A stretch of 64,000 nt of DNA from Takakia lepidozioides (taxonomy: Eukaryota > Plantae > Bryophyta). The notes under the pieces are model-generated. The model made no database searches. It was not told the DNA's origin and saw only the letters and a list, made by a program, of their open reading frames with translations. The stretch covers positions 32,116,001-32,180,000 of the forward strand of contig CM060734.1 of the NCBI GenBank assembly GCA_030704615.1, read 5' to 3'. Of the stretch, positions 1-13,701 are shown piece by piece (the first letter of the stretch is position 1; each line of letters begins with the position of its first letter). The position numbers and the translations under genes are program-made.

Positions 1-1350
1 TCTCCACTTTACCTGGCCTAGTTTTCGTCTGATGTTTCCATCAACTTAGAACTTTCGAGTTTGTCCCACAGTCTTATCCGATTGACGGGTGTTTTGGGAT
101 TGCCTTGTCTCTTGTCAGCTGCACACAGCAAGTATCCTATAGTGGAGCTTGGACCTCTCCTTGCAACCTCTGTTTCTCTCTGATCACTCTATCCCTGCCG
201 CTTCAGCTGTTCCTTCTCCGTATTGTATCTTAGTATGTATATGTCAAGCTAGAGTGCCTTATCCAACTGTTTCACTCGTGTGGGCGTTACGGAGTGTCTT
301 TCTTTGAATAGAGTCTTGTGGAGAATCGCTCGTTGGACCATTCTTGAGCACTCCCTTTTCTCAGCTCAGCCCAGCAGTCAATCCAGAATTTTCTACCATT
401 CTGTTTATCTTCCCTCTTATTTCCTGGTTTTCTCAGAGGTTTGAATTTTCAGTTCTCCAACTCTAGTATTTTGTTCTGAAAGCGCCTGCCCTTGTTTTTG
501 GAGAATTTGTATCCTCCCCGTGCACAAGTACGAAGCAGACACTGTCGTGTACGCAAGATCGACAGCTTTAGCCCTCCTACAAACTGAGTTCGGCACACAA
601 CACTACGCTTGAATTCTCGAGCGCTAGTAGTGATCATCTCGTTCTCACCAACTGACCAACAAGAGATAGTTTCTGGGCCTTCTGGCGTCAACATTCTACA
701 CGACTCCGACTGTTTCAAGGAAGTCCTCAAAGTCTCGTAGGCTGTCTTTCTGGATGACTGTGCGAGCACTGCATCACGTGAAATTTTTCTCTCTCATCCC
801 TCACTCTCCATATGTTGAGTTCATCGGCAAGATTGCGCTTTTGATTGGAGGGTGAGCTGCCAAGCCTACATTTGCAAGTATGCTGCATTTCGTCACAGTG
901 GATTTTTTGGCACTCAAGTCTCCAGGGAACGACCCTCCTAGTACATTGCAGCTGTCTCACAACGCCTCCTTACAGGCTGATAAAATTTCTGCCACGAGCT
1001 CACTGAGTTCAGGTAGATATTTGGGCTGGCTCCAACCAAGTTCCCGCAGGAGTTGTTCGGCAGTTTGAAGAGATATTTGCTTGGCCTCCTGCCAACTGTT
1101 ATCTCTCTGTCGGTCCATCTTTACCCTGAGTATATTGAACGACAGTCTATGTTGTCATACAACCAATCTCAATGTGCTCCCAGTATTCTCTTAATGTTGT
1201 CTCTCTGTGAGACCCTACGTGTATCCTTCAAACGCTCTTTCAGCACGTTTCCTTCTGATACACCATTGTGAAGTTTCGGGGGTGGAAAAGCTTCCCTTTC
1301 CGTTCTTTGACCTGGCGTTCGACTGGCAAGGAGTCTCTGCTCTGCGACAC

Positions 1351-4300
1351 ATGAAGGCAATGGATGAGATGATAGAGCCTAGAACTCCCTCTTACTATCA
1401 CAGTGCACAATCTCCCAGGGTGGGGGGTTGTGTGGGTGCCTTCTTCCATTTATTCGATTGGAATTCCGGCAAGCGATTCTTCGCCACCAAGCGCCTCCCT
1501 GCAGGTAAGGCTGTCCCTGCTCAAAAGTCGATTCTATTCTGTTGGCGCATGTCTTGATTTCCTGGTTGCACGATGGAAGTAGGTGGTAGTGTATTGAAGA
1601 AGGCTGATAGGAAGGGGGAAATGGTACCGTGACATTCGAGCTCTTGGACCCACTGGTCGTGAAAAGTCTTCACAAGTCAGACTTCGTCTTTGCTTGTCAG
1701 TTCACTAGCAGCAATGTTAGCAGATGGGAGAGTTCTAAAGCTTCTTGGAGAGGGCACTACCGATCCAGCATCGTAATCTGGAGTTGTTTAGAAGGCAAGG
1801 CTGGCCCAGAAATTTGCTGAAGGATTTTTGGGGTATCCGATGTTGTATTGGCCACCGGGTCATTTTTAAATGTTCCTCTTCAACCTACCATAATTTCCCA
1901 GACTCCAACCAAGCGCTCCTGAACGAGTAGGCATTGCGGTTAGGATCTCAACGTAGTGCTGTGTAGTTCCCTGGTCTCTTGATTCTGACCCGGTATGAGG
2001 ACAGCGTAGGAAGAAGTGTGCTTTCAGGATTGGGGTGGGGGGGGGGCGTAATATTGAGTGGAATTCAGAGAGGAGTGTTCACCTTCAAGCCACTCAAGAC
2101 TGTCTGGGTAACATGAACTGGAGCCATGGGGGACCCAAAGCTGAAACGTCCAATTGTCAATTGCTCATTTAGTAGCTGTCAGCGTGACTTTTGTGGCTTG
2201 ACTTCCTAGCGAGTAAGGTCTGGGTTCTCGTTTGAGCCTCTACAGCGCAGACATTCAAGGGTTGACTGTAGAGAGCGCTTCAAGCGTTGCTTTTATGGTG
2301 CCTATATTTCCCTGCTAGTGGCTGCCAAAACCGAATACATGAGCCTGTCTAGAAGATGTTTCTGGCAAGCCAAATGCACTAGAGACTGTGCTTGCAAAGT
2401 TGTGAAGGCCTATGTTCACACATACTGTTGTCTTTGGGTGGATGCAACAGATAGGCTGCACGAAGCATTAAGGAGGGAAAGGAGTTTCAAGGAGGGGAAA
2501 ACTACAGGGGCCAAGCTGTTGCTGGTACAAATGCCACCACCTATTTCCACTGAAATTTTTCTTCACATGTCCGAGTGATGTCATGGCTTGGGAAGTCTGT
2601 TTATGAGGTCCTCCATTTTTTACTTAAAAAAATGGGTAGTGCAGGATTTTCAATGCTTGGTTTCATGGTTGTCTGCTGACCTCTTTTTGAGAGGATGGAT
2701 AGCCAAATGCCAATATGCTTATGGTGGACTCTTAAAAGCCTTGTCACATACTGTGTCCTTGCTCCAGCACACAGGGCTTGCGCCTTACACATTTTCTTGC
2801 CAGCTCCTTGAGACTCTCTGGGTCATCTTTTCTTGTATTCATGTCTGCTTCCCATTTCTCTGCCTGCTTATGTCTTCTGAAGACAACACGAGAACTTGCC
2901 CTTTCCTGTTCTAATAGTTGTAACAGTAGCACCATTTCGTTTCATTTCAAATGGTTGTAACAGTGACTGCGTGCCCCACCAGGCCCCAACCTGCAAGCTT
3001 TTGTTACTTGCAGGGTAGTCTACCTCTTCCAAGAATTGTCATGTCCAGTAGTACTTGTGGTAAGGAGCTGGTACAATACTGAGACGTGGGTGCATGTTAC
3101 TTACAATTGAAGATGTGAAAAGGTGATATCTCTGGAGTTCAGTCACTGTATGAAATTCACTGATGTGCAAACGCCCTGCAGATTGATGAAGAAAATCGAG
3201 GAGGTTTTCCAGCTGCAAAACAGAGTCCAGCCCTCAATGAAGATGACACCCTTGAATTGGGAAAACCAAGTAACGATACCAGCAAGCGGTTGCCTGGGGT
3301 AGTGGCCCGTTTAATGGGGCTAGAAACACTGCCAGATGTCTCGACTTCTTTGAAATGTGAAATGGTGAAGACTAACCCACTTGAAGACCACCCTGCATGT
3401 GAAGATCACACAGCTCCGCCAGTCTTACTTCAGGAGCTGCTGAGACAAGAGTTCAATCAATCAAGAAAATCCTTGAAGGAGAAAATTCCCAGGCTTACAA
3501 GAAAGCCCCTGGATAATAGGCTGCCAGAGCAGATGGAGAAAGGAGGTTCAAGGAAAGATTGCAGAAGGAAATCTCTTGAGCATAGTCAGGTGGAATTATT
3601 GCATCCCTACAATGGTGCGAGAGCTTCAAAACAGAACCGGCTAAATGTGGGCAGTCAGATATCTGAAAGAAAAGCAGAATGCAAGCAACCATTTCTCTCA
3701 CGGCTTCCGACCTCTCCTCGCCAGACAGGCCCTGCACTCCTGCCTTCCAAGTCCCACAACCAGCTGGCGAACCCATTGAAGAGCCCTACTAAGCTGGGAA
3801 GTAAGGGCACAGCCCGGTGGTTACAAGCTGCTGTGAAAATGCTGGAGCCCAACATGCAACCCAGCATCCGGTCTCGGACTGGGCCTGGTCAGTTGTCTCC
3901 TGGAAGTCTCCACATTCTCCTGGATAGTGAGAGTGAAAGTGGAATGTCTTCAAGAAGCGAGAAGTGGATGTGCAGAGAAAGTGGAAGGAGAGGTGGGAGC
4001 AGTGGTTCTGGTGATGTGGGTGTCTCAAATTCCAATGCAAGTAAAGTGCTTCGAGGTCAGCCTATGAGTAGAAGTTGGAGTGGGAGGGAAGATCAGGGAA
4101 CTGTCAGTGGTCGAATGGAGGGGCCTAGGGGCTCTATGTCCTACCATGAATCAAACAGGCAGGATAGAGGGAGCAGACAAAGGCTTGAGAGTGCTTTGGC
4201 AGCCCATGAATGCTCTGTTTCTCCTCCCCGACATGCGCATCGGAATAGAGCATCAAATCTAAAAAGTGGCCATTCTCGGGAGGTGAAAGGAAGAGGGGTG

Positions 4301-7300
4301 TTGGGTACTCATGAGGCGTCAATTCGCGGATTCAAAACAGACTTGGGTAAGTCGAAGGGGCGACGGGACATGAAGGAGGATGCAGTAGCTGCAGCAAATG
4401 TCAGCATTGATTTTGAAAAAGTGAAGGAGCTCAGTCATCATCAAGGGATGCCAGCTGTCTCTGATGAGATGCCAAGCCTGACAGGAGACCCTTCTGGGGT
4501 CAAGGAGTTAGATGTTGTTGCACCTATTGATCCTCGGGTCTCTGTCACCCAACTGGACAGCCCACAAGAAGGGGCACTTCCTCCAGCCCACACCACGCGA
4601 GCTAATTTGATAATTTGCACCAAGACTGGCAAAGATGATAGTGCAATCTCAAAGCTTCCTCTGTTCCCAGGAACTGTATCCACAGAGTTCTCAGCTCCTC
4701 AATCCAAGAGTAAGAGCAACGTCAAACAGGAGGTGATCTTGCAGAAACAAGATGCAGGAGTCCTCCAAGTTCTGCCCAAGGAGAGAGCTTCATCTGCTAA
4801 AGTATTTACTGATCTTGCAACCACTGGGCGTAGACCTCCAGGTGGGAGTTTGCGAGTCATCAGAGCTCTTCGGCTTCACGCTGGAAAGCAGGAAAAGGAT
4901 GGTGGTTGTCAGGTTAGCCGGGTATTTCCATCAGAGAGTTCAGTGTCCCAGGAATGCCCCAGAGATGAGGATGGACTTGCCAATTTGTCAAAGGAAGCCA
5001 CCTCTAGTAGAGCAGTGGGGGGTAACCTTCTTAGCTATAGCAGGTTATTCAGTTCTCGAAAAGATGGAGAAAAGATGGGGGCCAACAAGAAGGATGGGAA
5101 TGATAATGCAGAGGGATTAGTACTGAAAAGAACTGAGAATCTGCTCATGTGGTCTCTTTGGCGAAGACAAAATGCTCCTAATTCAGTTCCTCCAAAGTCC
5201 AGTTTGAAGTCGGATTTAGATATGTCTACTCGATCAAATAGGAGAAAGGGGATTGAAGGTATCCAAGAGTCCAAGGCAAATCCAGGGCTGCCAACTGGCC
5301 ATGTGGGCAATCCAGAGCCACCTTTGCAGAATCCTTTGGGGGAGGGGCCAAGAATTGTTAGAGAGTCCCTGGCATGTGTTAACACAGCAATTGAGAGAGG
5401 AACATTGGCAGCAGCCCCTGAAACCAAGAGCTCCCTGAAGTCTGACAGTAAGCGGTTTGAGGGTAGAGAGGGTTCCATGCACACAAGGGCAAGGAGTGTT
5501 GATGAGGTCTTCCCAGAGCTGCCCTTGGAAGAGAGCCAGTTGAATTTGCGGTTGCTGAATGCAGCAAACAGTGAGGAGCCTGCAGCAGAGTTTCATGGTT
5601 TCAGGTTGCATGGGCAAGAACCTGGAAGTCATGAGTGCAGGTCTATTGAGCGAATGTTTGGAAAGGATGTATCTAAGCATTTTCCCTTCAGTGACTCAAG
5701 TCCGGACATCTTTGCAGAATATGCAATGAAAATTGGCAGCCCTGGGGCCTTTCCAAACAGCCCTCTGGTTCCTTATGAGCAGACTTGTCCTGACAACTAT
5801 GCAGCAGATGGTCTTAATACTGACACCTTTCCACAGAGAGAGAATCACTCAAAACTGGAGGAGCTATTTGCATTGGGTCCTGATGATCTTAGCTGGGAGA
5901 CACAGATTTTGGAGAGAAGAAGCATATGCCTACCAAAGTCCCCCTTGGTAGAATCCATCCACGGTTTGTCAGAAGGAGAGGAGAGCAGAGTATCTGAACT
6001 GGATGCCTGCAGTACCAGTGCGGTCTGTGTAAACATTGGCACCCCAGAAAGGGTTGAGGTAAGCTTCGAATGGTGTTGCAGTCTGCTGTTCTCCTTTCCA
6101 ATCTGAAGTTAAATTGTCTTTAGCTGCTGGTGACCATTGTATGACCTGTACTGGCTATACTGCTATACATCATCAGTCCCAATAATCCTTGATATTGTTC
6201 TCGAGTATATGCTATATTGATCATGCACTCACTTTTGACATGAATCTCAACTAGACTTTGCTCACTCGTTTATTGGTTGGTAAAATGTGCAGTTTCGAGG
6301 TATTCCATCAGATGACAGCAGCAGTGAAGAAACCGTGACCCCAATCCTATTGAAACGATATCTTGATAAGGGTCAGGTCTCCTTCATGCATGTAGAGGGG
6401 AAGGAATGTGAACCGACGGCTGCTAGTGTTGAAGAATCTGGGCAACCAAGCCCCGTGTCAGTTCTCACATCCCCATTCCAAGATGAAGCCCCCACCACTC
6501 CAGAGGCAAGCCTCGCAGGTATGCAATTTTTCCATCTGCTACTCACATTTTGTACAATCATTCTGACTATGGACTTGTTGCTGTGGCATGTGATGTTTTT
6601 TAGCCGTGACATCAACTCTTTCTCACCCATGTATTTCATTGTTTTGCAAACTGCAGAATCAGAGCAGCAGCTTGGAGATGAAGAGCTTGAAGACAAATTT
6701 GCCCTGGTGATGGAACCCTTGTCAATGGATAAAAAGCAAATGCACGATGATGCTGGGCACAAAATTGAGACCAGTGGTGCCCCAGGAGCTTTCACTGAGA
6801 TCATTCACAGTGACAAAATTCGGCAAGCCATCTTGGACATCTCAAGATTTCGAAACATTGATTTATCTGCCATTGGATTCACCAAAGTGAATGTCCCCAG
6901 TGAACCAGAAGAGGAGCAAAACTATGTGCGAGAAATATTGGGGGCCTCTCAGTTGTTTTCTGAAAAAGGAGCCACATCGCCGAACTGGTTTGCTCCAGGG
7001 CTTCCCATGGACCCCTCTCTATTTGACAGGCTAGAATCTGGGGATGTCCAATTACATCAAGCTACAGCTTTTGGATTGAATTGTCGGGAGAGTGCTGACT
7101 GCAATCTGGCTGACGGACTCCGAAGGCATGGAACTTTGTGGAGATGTGATCGAAAATTGCTTTTTGACAGTGTGAATGAAGCTATTGCCATCAAACTGGG
7201 CTGCCACAGAGATACTGGTCCATGCAATACGAATGCCCCAATATTAAGACCCAGGCCTTTTGGTCAAAAGCTGGTGGAGGAGATCTATGGAAAGATCTGT

Positions 7301-7519
7301 GAGTGGAGGGAGCTGGCATCAGACGTGCTGGATGGCTTGATACAAAGAGATATGAACGTTCGTGGAGGCAAGTGGGCAGATCACAGCCAAGAAGTTGCGG
7401 AGGTGGGCCTAGACATTGAGCGCATGCTGTTGAGAGTGATGATCGAGGAGTTGGTAACTGACATCACCACCATTTCGAGAAAGGAAAACAGGCAGCCTCC
7501 CGAAGGCCTCTTGGACTAA
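1351..7519 (+). CDS. TON1-recruiting motif (TRM)/LONGIFOLIA-family protein (DUF3741 + DUF4378), 5 exons
   Basis: GT-AG exons 1351-1504, 2451-2524, 3182-6058, 6293-6518 and 6657-7519 splice in frame. Motifs: GGCVGAFFHLFDW, LLLIDEENRGGFP, GVVARLMGLETLP, QPSPVSVL, DRKLLFDSVNE, EVGLDIERMLLRVMIEELV. Confidence 0.9.
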
Positions 7520-9532
7520 AATGACCATCCAAGAAAGGTCAGCAAAGAGATCATACTTGTTGAATGTGTTGCAACAGACTTTTAGCGTAACAACCCATGC
7601 CATGAAAGGGGAAAATAGAGAGTGAGGTAAGGGGGAGATGGTTGGGCCCTTCTAGGAATGTTTATCTCCAAAAGAGAGTCCGAGCGAAGTGGATGGGTTT
7701 TGGCCAGAAGACAGCTTAGGTATCAATCTGATTCTCTCTATTGTATGTAGATTATGAGTCCTGGAACTGTAGGACAAGTAGCCCCATGAGAACTGGGGTG
7801 TCCAATTTTGCTGTGTTTGACATGAGAAAATGGGACACGCCAGCTAAGGCTCTGGTGTGTGTCAAAGGTGACAATCTGACTCTTGACCCTGTTGGGTCCT
7901 GGCGGCTTGTACATGCAAAGACTTGTACATACCATACTTGAGTGGAATTTTAGTTCAAATTTCCTGATGATATTCTAATTTTAGGGCGTATATACTCTCA
8001 CAATTTGCTGAGCACATGAAGGAGGAGTTCGCTGTGCCTTCCTATCTTATGGTGTGTTCTGTTTTGTATACTTATGGGGACACAGCCAGTCTTTGCGCTT
8101 TCCCTCCCTTTCTGCATATCTTTCTGGAGTACAACCCGACTTGGGAACAACCCGACTTCTACACACGAGCCTAACACACGAGCCTAACGTCCAAATCTCA
8201 GTGAACTGTTTGATTCTTGACATTTTTTTTTCGCATCCAAGTGTGAAGCATGAACTGAACTAATCCAGTGATATTGCTGGCCAACTAGAGTGAGCAGCGG
8301 TCTTTTAAGGAGAATGGCTACATGTTTTGTTCTTTACCCCAATAGTATAGAATGCAATGAGTTCCAGGGTGAAGCCAGAAGCAGCAGCCCAAAAGCAACT
8401 ACTGCTCAAGGGATTGCCTAGGGGTCAAAGTTCCGTGCGGATAAGCTGCCAAGATCCTCATAATGGAAGACTTGTGAGAGATTGGGTTTCGCGGAACAGA
8501 CAGTTGAATCTACAATTCAACTTCGATAGGTGCTAAGAGAGGGAAAAAGGAAATTTGTATGGCGACAAAATTGACGTCTCTTTCACTTCGAGTGGAGGTG
8601 TTGCATAGATGGACAAGCTCATTGGACACCAGCCAAGCGTAGGGACTGTAGACAAATGAATAGATGAGCGATATATGCTGGGTGACCTTTAGTTCTCACA
8701 ACCCACTGTTTTACTATGGATTCCCCTACATCCATCTTCTTTGCCTCTTCTCTGCCCTCTTCTATATAGTCTCTTGGTAGGTTACTTGGGAACATGAGTA
8801 TGAAGGGTAGAGCATGGTGTAGAGGAGATAGGGCTTGGTAGTGTAGCTGAAGAGATGGTGTGCCAAACTAGTGACCCATTCTTGCTTTCAGTTTTTTAAT
8901 TTGCAGGCCTTGCAAATTGTTTCCATGTTCTCGCTTTTGGGGTTCCCACTGGAGGTGCTCGCTTGACCAGTGGTTGGGTGTTTGTGCCTTTGTCTGGGCA
9001 TAGACCAACAGCAACGTTGGTGTTTGTATTCATGTGTCTCTTTACTTAGTTCCTTTGATAAACACTATTATACGGCTTTAAAAGGGAGCTAATTTGCTCT
9101 TAATTGAGGCATAACATTATGTCTGAGCCCACCTTACAAAATGACATAGCAATGGTACTGGCATTTCAGAGTGATCAAAAACCAAGGGCTGGCAATCCAT
9201 TAGTGACACCTTCACTGCACTCCAGTGAAACAGGTTGAGGCATAATTCAGCCACAAAGAACCAAGTGACAGAGCCAAGTCAGTTGCGGAAATAACTTAGT
9301 TCAGTTAATAAGGTACATAGATTGAATCAATAAGCTCCTGCAGTGGCGCAAGCTCCTTCTTGTCCACGAGTTGAAACTCCTGCCATCACAAGCCATGCTG
9401 ACCTTTTCCTCAATTTATGAAAGGGAGAGAAGAACTTCATAAAGTCCTGAAGAACCTCAAAGCATGCATGGAACAAGAATACATACCAAACAAACAGAAC
9501 AACGCGAAGCCCTAGTAGAAAATAAAGATCGA

Positions 9533-9682
9533 CCAACAGTCAGTAGCTCAGTTGGTTAAGTGCACTCAGTGCTACCCAGACGACTCTAGGGTCAAATCTT
9601 GCTACTGACGGGTGTGGTATGGTTCCTGGGTGGTGCCCCATTCCTACGCCTCATGGCGGGTTACTGTGAAAGATGTTATTTT
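9533..9682 (+). mobile_element. tRNA-derived SINE, family 1 (3'-truncated copy)
   Basis: A-box TAGCTCAGTTGG and degenerate B-box GGTCAAATC. Homologous to the split copy at 29369-29398 + 30215-30420 (shared CATGGCGG..GTTACTGTGAAAGA). Confidence 0.65.
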
Positions 9683-9880
9683 CAATGTTGTGCGGGTATA
9701 TCATATATTGGGGTATACCGCCGGGTATATCAGGGTATAACCATTTGACCATAACCGGACCCGGGGGTTTTACTTACCCGCCATTGGAATATAACCGGAG
9801 GGTAATTAACAGATAATTACCCTTACCCTGTACATAACCGGGCTATTTGGGTGTCTGTATACCCTGCCCAGGAGGGCGGT
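9683..9880 (+). mobile_element. hAT-like terminus / MITE fragment
   Basis: Begins CAATGTTGTGCGG, similar to the TIR CAGTGTTGGGCGG at 29399, followed by GGGTATA/ATAACCGG subterminal repeats. No partner end seen. Confidence 0.4.
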
Positions 9881-9949
9881 AAGGTTTAAATCAATTATAT
9901 CGACGCTTCTGCGTATTTTACGTGTGTTATTACTCCACGACTTCTGTAA

Positions 9950-12660
9950 TGAAAAGACAGCTTGTGACCAGGAGGTGTACCCATAGGGACGATGCCCCAA
10001 TCTGTCACTCCTGGGTTCAGCTCAAAAATTACGGTATGGTCAGTTTTGAAATTTGAGGACTTGCGGCATATGAATGCCCCACAAATATCTCCAATCAATC
10101 TCGGGACGCAATCTGGTGGTGTAGGATGTGTTACAACCAAACACAAATTCATTAGATAATCAAATAACAAGATCTCTCTTACTAACATCCATCATTATAT
10201 ATATAGAACCTCCACTGGACAGTGGAGATTCGTATGTACGAGGCTTTCTACATGAAAGGGGAAATCTTCCCTATTATACAGATGTTGTAGAAAAAAACTT
10301 TAATGAAAATAAGGCTCAGGATCCATTGAATACATCATCCTGTAACAGGACAAATCTACAAATGAAATCTTAGAACCTAATTCCTCCAAAAAATACTCAG
10401 GGACTTCTCGCGCAGACTTCGTCTACTATACTCAGAGGAGTCTACATTATACCCAACCACTACAGAATGCTCCTTCTGATCGCCCTGAGTGTATCAGGGG
10501 AATAGTCTGGAGGGGTATATGTCGGGGATCCGGTGATACTATCAGGAGACTCAGGGGAGTATCCTGGAGATCCAGAGACGTCCTGGGGATCCAGGACTCC
10601 CTGTCTCGTTGCAGTGTCCAGGGAAAAGTTTGGAGAGTAATATCCTACAGATCATGTGGTGGATACAGGCGAGTAACCCGGAGATGCGGGAAATCCAAAA
10701 ATGGTCTCTCGTATCGCCACCAAAGTGTCCGGGGAATAGTCTGGAGGGGTGTATGTCGGATAATCTTGGGAGTAGGCAGGAGATCCGTAGACATCAGTGT
10801 TTTCATGAACGCTATCTCTTATTTCCGCCAGGGTATCCGTGGAGTAGTCTTGAGGTCTATTGTTGGGAGATTCGGCTACGTTTCACGGGGATTCTACAGT
10901 CACATTTTCGTCAATCCCAGACACTTTGTTCGGCTCGGTAGACCCCCAACTGGATTTTCCATCTGGTTTCAAAACATCATGTTCTTGATCTGGATGGTCC
11001 GCTTCCAACACGTCTACCGAACACCGTCTCTTGCTCCACTTTAAGCTGACGGTCTTGTACTCATCGTCAAACACCGGTTCCCCCCACCCACGCTCCTCTT
11101 TCTCATACTGATAGAAAAAATAATCAGAGTGTGTAACTGGCTGACCCAAAGAAATATCGAACCTCCACTGGCCAGTGGAGGTTCCCAATTATCGTATTCC
11201 AGTCTCGTTGGAATGTATGTGTTACACTTACAATGTTACACATATCATTCCATCACTCGTTCCCACATCCTCTCACAATGATTTTCATTTTTCCCGGAAT
11301 TATCCGATTTCGTCCTTATGTCGTGCGCATACGTATCGCTATACAACTACATCGCTCGAATCCCATTTACTTTCAGGAGCTCGCTTTTACCATTTTTGTT
11401 GCCGATACCTGTGGTGGAGGCGCTCCACACATATATGCACAATAAAGTAGTCTGCCACAATAACTGTAAGAACTAAACGCACATGTCTGATAACAAATAA
11501 ACACAAAACACAACACAATCACTCGTTAAACTAAGAGTCGAGTTAGGGGCACCCCAAGCTATGGGGACTCCACCCCACAACATCCTATGCTCCCTTCATA
11601 CGCACACTCAGATTCTAAGCAGCGAAGGAGCTCGGTCGTGCAGGCTCAACTCGAGAGAGATGACCCGCACGACTGACGCTCTCGTGAAGTGCATGGGTCC
11701 AGATTCATCCAAGATGGCCGGATTTCAATCTCCAGATTACATATGATTCCCTGTGGAAGGATAGCTACAAGAAACTTGCATGGATAGATGACCAATTGGT
11801 TGGTCTTGAGCTGAAGAGCACGACCCCTGCAGGGATGTCTCTCCATCTGTAGATCTTTTAGGAAGTGGAAGGCTAGGCCTAGGGCCCAGCTTTCTTATGA
11901 CATTGTTAGCTGATTTTCAGTTCTTCTCCTTAGCTCGGTGCCTTTCTGTTTCCAAGTTATGGCAGTAGTTTCTGGCTGCAGCCTCTTTTCCTGCTAGACT
12001 CTTTAGCTCTATGCAGACCCCCTTATTTGCTTGCCTTCCTTCTTACTACTCTTTCTTGTCTTGGTACGCGAAGCTGTGTCTTCCTCTTTCAGCCTCTATG
12101 GCACTCTATCCAGAGGTTATTTTTCCTCTTTGTAAATGAGCTGGCTCTTATAAGGCTCCACCCGATTCTTGCACAAATCCAACCGCTTGAAGGATGCTTT
12201 GTGTGGATGTGCAAAACACTCAGGGTGAACCCAGTAGGTGCCCAGAAAGAGGCTCTAGGTAGAACTTTACATGGCACAATCAGTTATGAGAGTGAAGAGG
12301 CAGAGGAAGAGTTAGAGCATACTGTGAAGTTTGGAGAGCAAAAGCCCATCCTGCGGCCAACCGATTGACCACTACCCCCTGTCCCTCTTTGTTAACAAAA
12401 ATAAAATAATAAAAAAGACAACAATGGCTTCCATTCTATTTTCCTAGAAACCTAATGAGAATTTAAATCAATTAATAATCTAAATATTATAATTGTATGA
12501 TTTAATTTATTAAATTAAAATATTATTAAAAAACCTCTTTAGTCATGAAGTTATTCATGACTACATCATGGCAACGTGGCATTATATGATACGATATTTC
12601 TTTCCCACGTGTGGGTCATATATGTTGTCCATGTGGACACGTGTCACATCCGGAGTGCTA
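9950..12660 (-). mobile_element. Decayed LTR-retrotransposon-like remnant (boundaries uncertain)
   Basis: LTR-like composition at 11410-12660, a possible TGTAGCAC start at 12662 and PBS-like GGTATC near 11405 (minus), broken ORFs at 10400-11200, and an internal repeat GGGGAATAGTCTGGAGGGG at ~10497 and ~10731. No RT or integrase seen. Confidence 0.3.
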
Positions 12661-12940
12661 CATATGTCTCTCTGACGCCTCTCCAATGGAGTTATACTTT
12701 GTAGACATGTAGTCATATAGTTAGTCATATATAAAATCATATAGTTGTGACTACATCCTCTCTACAGCATGACTCCAGGTGCCACGCACGCAGTCACGGC
12801 TATGACTTGCAAAACGCAGTCCTAAAGACTAGTCGCTATGACAGGGCTTTTTTCATTGCAGAGTGATATAGTCATGAACGCATATAGGACTGAAAAAATA
12901 GTCATATGTGCAGTCATAAAAACGCTCATCTGTTGTAGTG
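12540..12940. mobile_element. CACTA (En/Spm) right terminus, family A
   Basis: Ends ATCTGTTGTAGTG (reverse complement CACTACAACAGAT) with many TAGTCAT/ATGACTA subterminal repeats. Confidence 0.75.
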
Positions 12941-13701
12941 TGAAGATGAGGACGGTGTGGAATGGCATGACGTCGATGTTGACATTGCAGAGGAGGAATT
13001 CGATCCATTGAGCAATGTGAATGACAAACACCGGTGGTGCGAGTTGCAGGCAGGAGAGTGACATGTGTTGTGGTACACAGCCATGAATATGGTGGAGTAT
13101 GGGCCACAACATGCCTCCCGTCGGATTCAGGTGCATATGCGGTGGGTTTCTCATTTTCCGCGGTGACATTGAGGCCCGCTCTTTCATAAGCGCACCCGAC
13201 GCATGATGCCCTCTCTGTATGTATCATTATGGGAATCCTAACGGCACTCATCGATCTCCTTACACGTCATTGATTTGCCATTGTGCAACGCATTGGATGT
13301 CCTGGAAGGTGGAGAACAAAACATTGGCCTGGGTTATATACAGAATCATCACTGGTGGAGACATTCGCATGATGACTGAACCAGGCCATCCTTAGGATGA
13401 GGTGTACTTGGGAGGGCATATGTTCATTTTTGAATGGAACATATCGAAACAACTTCATCACAAAAAGTGTAACGAACAGACATTGAGGCTGCAAAAGATA
13501 ATTGGAATCCCCACTGGGGAGAATGCAGATGCACTGCATGTCATACATTCGTTGCGATGATGGGCAACAAGTCCGACATGGGACATTTCAATGTACTGTG
13601 TTACAAGCGAGGAATGCCCAAACAATGGGGAGGAGAGTACACATTGAAGGGGAAAGAGTATAAAAATAGGGAGGTGAATGCGTCCACAAATGCCACGGCA
13701 G

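Noticed and set aside
9535-9612. tRNA gene
   Set aside because: Degenerate B-box, no proper cloverleaf, and homology extends beyond the tRNA-like head into a second copy, so it is a SINE.
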